Assembly: GCA_963842525.1 (NCBI GenBank)
Contig: CAWJGT010000009.1
Span: 896,001 to 960,000, forward strand
Reading direction: 5' to 3'
DNA: 64,000 bases
From: an uncultured Holophagales bacterium
GTDB lineage: Bacteria > Acidobacteriota > Thermoanaerobaculia > Multivoradales > UBA5704
Made by a program: the position numbers and the translations under genes
The notes under the pieces: model-generated
What the model was told of the DNA's origin: nothing
Seen by the model: the letters and a program-made list of their open reading frames with translations, nothing else
Databases searched by the model: none
Shown: in pieces, positions 29,927-37,328 of the stretch
Layout of the letters: the number at the start of each line of letters is the position of its first letter
Numbering within the stretch: the stretch's first letter is position 1

Positions 29927-31063
29927 ATGCTGCGAATCCAGACCGTCGTCCTGCGTGAGATCGCCCTGACCTTGAAAGAGCCGTTCCGGATCTCCTCCGG
30001 GACCCAGAGCCATCGCCGGATCTTCCTGGTCCAGCTCTTCGGTCCCGACCGAGCCGAAGGCTGGGGGGAGTGCGTGGCGGGTGAGGACCCCCATTACAGC
30101 TCGGAGGCGATCGATACCGCCTGGGTGGCGATCCGGCAGTGGGTTGTACCGCGGGTCCTCGGCCGCTCTTTCGCCGGGCCGGAGGAGGTCCATCCGGTCC
30201 TGGAGCGCAATTTCCGCGGCCACAACATGGCCAAGGCCGCCATCGAGATGGCCGCCTGGGACATGGCTGCGCGGGCCGAAGGGGTGCCGCTCGCCCGCAA
30301 GCTCGGAGGTATCCGCGGCATCCGCGACCACATCCATGTCGGCATCTCGCTCGGCATCCAGGAGAGCCCGCAGGTGCTGGTCGAGAAGGCGCGGGCGGCG
30401 CTGGAGCGCGGCTACCGCAAGGTGAAGATCAAGATCGAGCCCGGATCGGACGTCCAGTACGTGCGGGCCGTGCGCGAGGCCCTCGGCCCCGAGGCGCCCC
30501 TCATGGCCGACGCCAACAATGCCTACACCCTGGACGACACCGAAAGCCTGCGCCAGCTCGACGGCCTCGGCCTGATGATGATCGAGCAGCCTCTCGCCTG
30601 GGACGACATCCTGCGTCACGCCGAGCTCCAGAAGCGGCTCTCGACGCCGATTTGCCTCGATGAATCCATCACCAGCGTCGACCGCGCGGAGGACATGATC
30701 ACCCTGGAGGCGGGCCGCGTCGTCAATATCAAGCCCGGCCGGGTCGGCGGCTTTGTGCAGTCGCTCGCCATCCACGACCTCTGCCAGCGGCACGGCATCC
30801 CGGTCTGGTGCGGCGGCATGCTGGAGAGCGGCGTCGGCCGGGCGCACAACGTCGCCCTGGCGTCCCTCCCGAACTGCACACTGCCGGGCGACATTTCGCC
30901 CAGCGAGCGCTATTGGGAGAAGGACATCGTGGTCCCGGAGTGGACCATGGACCGGGAGGGGCGCATCCAGGTGCCGCTCGACCGTCCCGGCCTGGGAGTC
31001 GAGGTGGACCTGAACCGGGTCGAAGACCTGACCGTGCGCCGCGAGGAGCTGACGGCGCTGTAG
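29927..31063 (+). CDS. menC: o-succinylbenzoate synthase / N-succinylamino acid racemase (enolase superfamily)
   Basis: KVKIK, ADAN, IEQP, LDES, NIKPGRVGG, WCGGMLE, PGDIS. Confidence 0.9.
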   Translation: MLRIQTVVLREIALTLKEPFRISSGTQSHRRIFLVQLFGPDRAEGWGECVAGEDPHYSSEAIDTAWVAIRQWVVPRVLGRSFAGPEEVHPVLERNFRGHNMAKAAIEMAAWDMAARAEGVPLARKLGGIRGIRDHIHVGISLGIQESPQVLVEKARAALERGYRKVKIKIEPGSDVQYVRAVREALGPEAPLMADANNAYTLDDTESLRQLDGLGLMMIEQPLAWDDILRHAELQKRLSTPICLDESITSVDRAEDMITLEAGRVVNIKPGRVGGFVQSLAIHDLCQRHGIPVWCGGMLESGVGRAHNVALASLPNCTLPGDISPSERYWEKDIVVPEWTMDREGRIQVPLDRPGLGVEVDLNRVEDLTVRREELTAL

Positions 31064-31074
31064 GACGCCGAGCG

Positions 31075-31461
31075 ATGCTCTACCGCCTCCTGGCCGACCT
31101 GGTCGTCGTCCTCCACGTTGGTTTCGTGCTGTTCGTGGTGCTGGGCGGCCTCCTCGCCTTGCGCTGGCCCCGCGCCGCCTGGCTCCACCTGCCAGCCGCC
31201 ATCTGGGGCGCGGCCATCGAATTCGTCGCCGGCATCTGCCCCCTGACCCCTCTGGAGAACCGTCTCCGCCGCCTCGGCGGGGAAGCCGGCTACTCCGGCG
31301 GCTTCGTGGAGCACTACGTCCTCCCCGTCCTCTACCCGGCAGGGCTGTCCCGCGGCGTGCAGCTCGCCCTCGGCGCAGTCGTGGTCGTGCTGAACGTGGC
31401 GGTCTATGCGGTGGTGTGGCGGCGGTGGAGGAGGAAGAAGAGCCGGCCGGCTCCGGCGTAG
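31075..31461 (+). CDS. DUF2784-family membrane protein
   Basis: LHLPAAIWG, CPLTPLEN, GFVEHY, LYP motifs. Confidence 0.85.
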   Translation: MLYRLLADLVVVLHVGFVLFVVLGGLLALRWPRAAWLHLPAAIWGAAIEFVAGICPLTPLENRLRRLGGEAGYSGGFVEHYVLPVLYPAGLSRGVQLALGAVVVVLNVAVYAVVWRRWRRKKSRPAPA

Positions 31462-31483
31462 CTGCCGTGAGCCATACCGCGAT

Positions 31484-32145
31484 GACCGGGGCCGGAAGCT
31501 CCCTGCCCCGGCTTCACGCACCCCGGACCGCGCGCCGGATGCCGGGGGTCGCGCCGCGAGCCCCGCTGCTCGCGGTCACCCCCTGATCGACCGCAGGCGG
31601 CGGCGCATTGACACCGTTCGGTGGGCCGCCGCCCGCGGCCCCTGCTTCGTTGGCAGCGGTCCGCATCCCGTTGACCGCGGTCAACGCGTCAAAGCCCGCG
31701 ATCCGGATGCCGGCGACCGCGTGGAGAGTCTCGCTGCTCGAGGTCAGCGCCTCGCCGACCACGGTCGGCGGCTCATGGACCGCGGTCCGCGGTCCATGGA
31801 CCCATGGCAACGCCTCGCCGTCCGCGATCCGGATTCCATGGACTGCGGTCGACAGCATCAGGCTCGCGGTCGATGACTCAGCGACCGCAGCCGGCGGCTC
31901 GTTGCTTGCGGTCAACGTCACGGCGACCGCGGTCCCAGGCTTCGTGACCGCGGTCTGCGACCCGTTGCCTGCTGTCTCTGAGCCATGGAGCGCTGTCAGC
32001 GGCCCGTTGACCGCGGTCCACGACCCGTCGACAGGTGGCGGCGTCTCGCTGCCCGCGAGCAGCGAGGCACGGGCTGCGGTCACTATGGCTCGTCTCGCGG
32101 TCGCCGTGGCTCTTCTCCCAGTCGGTGAGTCTCGTCTCGCGGTCC
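31484..32145. repeat. Degenerate 21-nt-period array with palindromic core GACCGCGGTC, about 32 units
   Basis: Perfect cores at 31673, 31778, 31925, 31946 and 32009, with variants at 31484, 31757, 31841, 32072, 32093 and 32135. All spacings are multiples of 21. Confidence 0.85.
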
Positions 32146-32292
32146 GTGGCTTCCCGAGAGGGACCGGTCGCCCGCTGGACGCGGCCGGCGTCTGTCCCGC
32201 TCTGATAGATTCGCTCCGGCCGGAGGCGTATCCTTCTAGTAGTGCGACCAGCCTTGAAGGTTTGAAGGATTTGCCCGAAAAAGGAGCGTTCG

Positions 32293-33408
32293 ATGTATCA
32301 CTGCCGCAGATTGATGGCCGCTGCTCTGTTTGGGCTCGCTGTCCTCTTTGCATCGTCGGCTTCGGCGCAGGCCGACAAGGTGGACGACTACATCAAGGCT
32401 GAGCTGCAGCAACGAAACATCCCTGGCCTCTCCATTGCCGTTGTACGCAATGGAGAAATCATCAAAACGAACGGCTACGGGCTGTCGAACGTCGAGCTGA
32501 ACGTCGCTGCCACTCCGGAGACCATCTACCAATCCGGCTCGGTCGGCAAACAGTTTACGGCGACCCTCGCGATGATGCTGGTCGAAGAAGGCAAGCTGAG
32601 CCTGGACGATCGCATCGGGAAGCACCTCGCCGACGCGCCGGCAAGCTGGAAAGACATCACCGTGCGCCACCTGCTGACACACACGTCGGGGATCTCGAAC
32701 AGCCTCTATCGGAAGATCAACATGCGCTAGGACTACACCGAGGACGAGCTGGTCCGAGAGATCGCGGCGCTTCCGCTCGATTTCCCTCCCGGCGACAAAT
32801 GGAACTACAGCAACCCCGGCTATGTGACGCTCGGCATCCTCATCCACAAGGTGACCGGCAAGTTCTACGGCGATCTGCTCCGCGAGAAGATCTTCGGGCC
32901 GCTCGGCATGACGACCGCGCGCGTGCTCGACGAAGCCGACATCATACCGAATCGCGCCGCCGGTTACCGGCTCGTGGAAGGCAAATTGAAGAATCAGGAA
33001 TGGGTTTCACCGACCCTCAATACAACCGCCGATGGCGCACTCTACCTGACTGTGCTCGACATGGCGAAGTGGGACGCGGCGCTCTACTCGGAGAAGCTGC
33101 TCAAGAAGTCTTCGCTCGATCTGATGTGGACGCCGGCGAAGCTCAACGATGAAAAGACCGTGCCATACGGTTTCGGCTGGATGCTCGGCGAGATGCGCGG
33201 ACATCGCGTCGTCCAGCATGGTGGAGTATGGCAGGGCTTCTCAGCCCACATCGTGCGCTACATCGACAAGAAGCTGACGGTCATCGTGCTGACGAACCTT
33301 GCCGCGACGGCTGCGGGGACGATCGCCAACGGCGTCGCGGCTCTCTACGATCCCGAGCTCGCGCTGCATCAGAATGGCGCTGACACCGAGGCGAAGAAGA
33401 TCAAGTGA
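32293..33408 (+). pseudogene. Beta-lactamase-family serine hydrolase interrupted by one in-frame TAG (32728-32730)
   Basis: Signal peptide, SVGK (SxxK), LLTHTSG, YSN and HGG motifs. Both halves lie in the same frame. Confidence 0.82.
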
Positions 33409-33482
33409 AAAGGGCCAATGTGAAAAAAGGAATCTCTGGGCTCTCCGGCCTGCGGCCCCCAACTCCCGATCCGGGGTCTTGG

Positions 33483-33841
33483 TCAGCTTTTTCGCCGGCG
33501 CAGGGCCTTTCTGGGTAGTCCGCGCCGAACGAACCTGCGGACTCGGCGTGCTACCGCCACCGCCCGACGCGCCGCGGCCAGGGAGACCTCATCCCAGCCG
33601 GGATACCGGGCTCCAGTCGCATATTCGGTCAGCCGAGCTTGCTCCTCGTCGCTGAGGTCTGGTCGTAACTCCGTAGGAATAAGAGACAATAACCTTTCGA
33701 GATCGTGAGTGCGTGGTAACAGACGGTGTCTGTCGGACAACTTTCACCGAGCTTGAGTGTATGCGCTGCGTTCGTAAGATCGTTGTCAGCCTTGATCACC
33801 CATTCTTGGCATACGGTGATCAGCTTCTCACGATCGGGCAT
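33483..33841 (-). pseudogene. HEPN-domain protein with an internal deletion and frameshift
   Basis: N-terminus (EWVIKADNDL...DTVCYH) is joined out of frame to PRTHDL...ARYP. The usual AQQxxEKxLKA helix is missing. Confidence 0.75.
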
Positions 33842-34160
33842 ACAGCACCTTTCCCTCGCGCGCTGCCGGACGCTCGATGGTTCCGGGGATCTCCTTACGC
33901 CACTGGAATTCTTCGGGAGTCGTGACGACAATGTCCTTCGCAATATGGATATTCCTCAGGGCGAGACGGATCTCGACCTGTGTCTCCTGCTTGGAGCCGG
34001 AGAGCGGCATCACGACGAGCAGATCGACGTCACTGTCGGGGCCGGCGTCGCCGCGTGCATGCGAGCCGAAGAGGATGATCCTTTCCGGATGAAAGCGGCT
34101 CACGATCCGGCGTACCATCTGCTGAATCTCTCTTCTGGCAACGAAATCCGTCTTGTGCAT
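33828..34160 (-). CDS. MNT nucleotidyltransferase
   Basis: ILFGSHARGDAGPDSDVDLLVV motif and a C-terminal EGKVLY. Confidence 0.9.
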   Translation of the reverse strand: MHKTDFVARREIQQMVRRIVSRFHPERIILFGSHARGDAGPDSDVDLLVVMPLSGSKQETQVEIRLALRNIHIAKDIVVTTPEEFQWRKEIPGTIERPAAREGKVLYARS

Positions 34161-34220
34161 CAGAAGAACCCTCGCCGAGTATGGTAGCTCATCCCCAGCG
34201 TGGACCGGTCAAGGTGCGTG

Positions 34221-37061
34221 TCACCGCCGGCCCGCGGGGCGCCGTCGGACCATCATCAAAGCAACGAGAACCAGAACGGCGATCCCGGCGCCGGCCATGA
34301 TGCGGGGGGCGGCGAGGAAGAGCCAGCTCCGTCCGCCCGGGACGGGCACGAGGTCGCCGTCTCCCAGGACGACCAGCCCGGCCCAAGCGTAGGCGGGGGC
34401 GCCGTCTTCGATGCGGTCGAGCTGGGCCGCGCGGAGGGCCGCGGCGACGCTCTTGCCCTGAGCGAGGTGGCGGTAGAAGCGGTCGAAGATGGCTGCGCCG
34501 TCGTCGTCGCGCAGCGGCCAGAGGCTCGCTACGACGGTATGGGCGCCGGCCTGGAAGAAGGCGCGCGCCACTCCCATCATCCCTTCGCCGCGGAGCACGG
34601 TGCCTGAAGCGCTGCGGCAGGAGGAGAGGACGGCGATCTGGCCGTTTAGCCGGAGGGGCACGATCTCGCGGAGCTGGAGGAGGCCGTCCTCCGTGGCCGG
34701 ATCGGGCGTCAGGAGGACGCCCGATCTTTCGCTGTTCTGGTCGTCGAGCACCGCATGGGTGGCGAAGTGCAGGACGCGGAACCGGTGGAGGTCCTCGCTC
34801 TTCAGAAAGCCCTCGGAGGCTTCCTGGCCGACCCGCAGGATACTGCCGCCGCCGAGGTATCGCACGGCGGCACGGCCTTCACGCCGGGCGAACGGCAGGG
34901 CTCCCAGCCTCGTGGCGGCGGCGAACACGGCGGAGCGTTCTGCGGCCGGGCCCGGAGGGCTCCCCGAGACGGTCCCCGGCAGCACGGGATCGGCGAGGGC
35001 GAGCAGCGGCTCTGCGGCCAGGGCGGGCTGAGCTTGCCGCCATTTCAGCCAGAGCGTGGCGGAGGGCGCGACGGCGATCTGGTAGCGCTCGGCGAGCGGC
35101 CCGGCCCCGGCCTTGGGGCGCAGGGCCGCGAACGGGAGTTGGTGGAGCGCGTCGTCCGGCAGGATCACGAGCCTCCGGACCCCGGATGGCAGATCGCGCA
35201 GCGCGTCCTGCAACAGGTCGCGATAGAGGCCGGCGGAGGGCGCCGCCTCGCTTCCGTCCCGCCGTTCGAAAAGGCCGTCGAGGAGGCGCACCGCGGGCCG
35301 CAACGAAACCCGGTCCCGCCGCAGGCGATAGATCCGCGTGCCGCCGTGCGTGATCGCCAGCAGCCAGGAGCCGCCGGCGAAGTCGCCGAACCATCCCTCG
35401 TCGGGGGCGATCTGGAAGGAGAGGAGGGCCTCGTCCGGCGCCAGCACCCTCCGCACTTCGGGCAGGGTGGCGAAGCCGGGGCGCTGCGCGCGGGCTCGTA
35501 TGGGGCCGGCGCTGGCGATCTGGTCCTCGATGCCGTCCTCCTCGATTTCGAGCCGGCGCAGCTCGCGGAGAGCCGAGGCCCGCTCCGAGGCCGGCAGGGT
35601 GGGCTCGAGAAGCCGGCGCTGGACCTGCGTGAGCTGTGCCAGGACCCGGGTGTGTCGCGCAGCGAGCCCTGCTGGTAGAACGGCCGGTGTTGCGCGGGCA
35701 GCCTCCAGCGCTTCGACGAGCGTCCGGGCACGCAGGCGCTCGGTGGTGGCGAAGGCTTCGTCGAGGCTTCCGGTAGAGTGGTTTTCGAGGAAGTCCTGGA
35801 GCAGGCGGCCGGAGAGCCAGTAGTAGTCCTCGGACCACAGGGAGAAGAGCCCGGCGCGGCCCGATTCCCCTTTCTGCTGCTCCCGGATCACTTCGAGGGA
35901 GCGCAGGGCCGTGCGCGAGTCGGCGGCGGCCTGCTCGCCGGGAAGGGTGGCCCAGCTCACACGCATCCGTTCCCGCAAAGCGTGGTAGCGCACCCAGGGG
36001 TCCTGGGACTGATCGGCGAGGGCGAGGGCTTCCGTTACGATCGGGACCGCGCGGGCAGGGTCTTCCCGCCGGAGCTGGCGCGAGAGGGCGACGAGGCATT
36101 GGCTCCGGTCCGCCGGGAGGCGCAGGGCCGCAAGGCACTGCTCGATGTGGTGGTGGGCTTCCGCGCCGCTCGAGAGCTGGCCGAGGACGATATGGGCGCG
36201 GGCAGCGATGTCTGGGATCCCGAGCTCGGAGGAGGCCGCCAGGATCTCGCGTGCCACCTGAGCGGTCTCCCGGCGGGTTTCCGGCCCAGGCATTTCGAGG
36301 ACCTCCTCGACCAGGCCACGCAGGACGCCATAGCGGGCGATGACCTCGAGGCGCCGCTCGCCATGCGCCCGGGCCAGATCGGCCAGCCGCCCATAGGCTG
36401 CACGTGCCTCGAGAATCCGGCCGAGAGAGAAGCTGACTCCGGCCATCTCCTCCAGGAAATCCCGCTGCAGGGTGTACAGATCGCCGGACCCCGGGAAGAC
36501 CGCGTTCTGCGCCTGGTGGAGCAGCACGTACGCCCTCTCCAGATTTCCCCCTCGCAGGCGGAGATGCCTGGCCTGGAGGACGTTCGCCCGGGCGGTCTGG
36601 AGAGGGTCTCCCGTGGCTCGGGCGATGGCGACGACCCGTTCCACCTCTCGTTCCGCCTCCTCCGGACGGCCCTGGCTGATCAAGACCATGTGCAGGGCGG
36701 TGCGGGCGCGGATCTCGCCGATGGCGTCACCGCTCCTGGCGAAGACCGCCGCGGCGTCCCTGTAGGGAAGCTCGGCGTGCCGCGGCTCTGTCCATCGCAG
36801 GTGACCCAGGTAGAACAGCAGCCACGGATGGCTGGGATGGCGGGAGAGCAGCAGCTCCACGCGCCGGGATGCTTCGGCTGCAAGGCCCGGCGACCGCCCG
36901 GCGGCATAGAAGCACTCGGCCGATGCCTCGGCCTCCGGCGCGGCGGAGAAGCGCTCTTCGCAGGCGCTCAGCGTCGAGTCACCCGCGGCGAGGACCGGGC
37001 CAGAGAGCAAGAGAAGGACCGAGGTGAGGAAAACGGCGATGGCGGGACGGCCGATAGGCAT
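34221..37061 (-). CDS. Exported TPR + CHAT protease with a C-terminal membrane anchor (paralog 2)
   Basis: Signal peptide ending VLA, TPR helices, HFATH and LSSC catalytic motifs, ASLWP, WAGLV, then a TM helix and basic tail. Confidence 0.9.
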   Translation of the reverse strand: MPIGRPAIAVFLTSVLLLLSGPVLAAGDSTLSACEERFSAAPEAEASAECFYAAGRSPGLAAEASRRVELLLSRHPSHPWLLFYLGHLRWTEPRHAELPYRDAAAVFARSGDAIGEIRARTALHMVLISQGRPEEAEREVERVVAIARATGDPLQTARANVLQARHLRLRGGNLERAYVLLHQAQNAVFPGSGDLYTLQRDFLEEMAGVSFSLGRILEARAAYGRLADLARAHGERRLEVIARYGVLRGLVEEVLEMPGPETRRETAQVAREILAASSELGIPDIAARAHIVLGQLSSGAEAHHHIEQCLAALRLPADRSQCLVALSRQLRREDPARAVPIVTEALALADQSQDPWVRYHALRERMRVSWATLPGEQAAADSRTALRSLEVIREQQKGESGRAGLFSLWSEDYYWLSGRLLQDFLENHSTGSLDEAFATTERLRARTLVEALEAARATPAVLPAGLAARHTRVLAQLTQVQRRLLEPTLPASERASALRELRRLEIEEDGIEDQIASAGPIRARAQRPGFATLPEVRRVLAPDEALLSFQIAPDEGWFGDFAGGSWLLAITHGGTRIYRLRRDRVSLRPAVRLLDGLFERRDGSEAAPSAGLYRDLLQDALRDLPSGVRRLVILPDDALHQLPFAALRPKAGAGPLAERYQIAVAPSATLWLKWRQAQPALAAEPLLALADPVLPGTVSGSPPGPAAERSAVFAAATRLGALPFARREGRAAVRYLGGGSILRVGQEASEGFLKSEDLHRFRVLHFATHAVLDDQNSERSGVLLTPDPATEDGLLQLREIVPLRLNGQIAVLSSCRSASGTVLRGEGMMGVARAFFQAGAHTVVASLWPLRDDDGAAIFDRFYRHLAQGKSVAAALRAAQLDRIEDGAPAYAWAGLVVLGDGDLVPVPGGRSWLFLAAPRIMAGAGIAVLVLVALMMVRRRPAGRR

Positions 37062-37094
37062 GCGGGCAGGGGTCCTGCCCCGATTCTAGACCAA

Positions 37095-37127
37095 CCGGCG
37101 GGCGGGGCGATCGGCCCCGCCCGCCGG
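37095..37127 (-). terminator. GC-rich hairpin after the mini-ORF
   Basis: CCGGCGGGCGGGGC...GCCCCGCCCGCCGG perfect stem, 9 nt after the stop codon; weak U tract. Confidence 0.55.
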
Positions 37128-37136
37128 GAAGGATGC

Positions 37137-37226
37137 TCAGGTCTTCGGCGGATCGACCGGAGGCGGAGGGATCTCGTCGCGGACTGTGGTGGCTGCCTTC
37201 GGGTCGAAAATCGTATTGTCTTTCAT
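37137..37226 (-). CDS. Unannotated 29-aa Pro-rich peptide MKDNTIFDPKAATTVRDEIPPPPVDPPKT
   Basis: Read manually: GGAG RBS 8 nt before the ATG, downstream hairpin, and position directly upstream of a CHAT gene. Confidence 0.6.
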   Translation of the reverse strand: MKDNTIFDPKAATTVRDEIPPPPVDPPKT

Positions 37227-37328
37227 GACTGGTCTCCAGCGGAATCATCGGATTTCAAATTTTGTCGTTTCCTTCGCGGCTTGCGCCGCCCACACATCTC
37301 CAGGAACGATGGGGATAGGGAGATTCCC

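Noticed and set aside
31484-32145. CRISPR array
   Set aside because: The 21-nt total period and 10-nt degenerate core are too short, and there are no cas genes.
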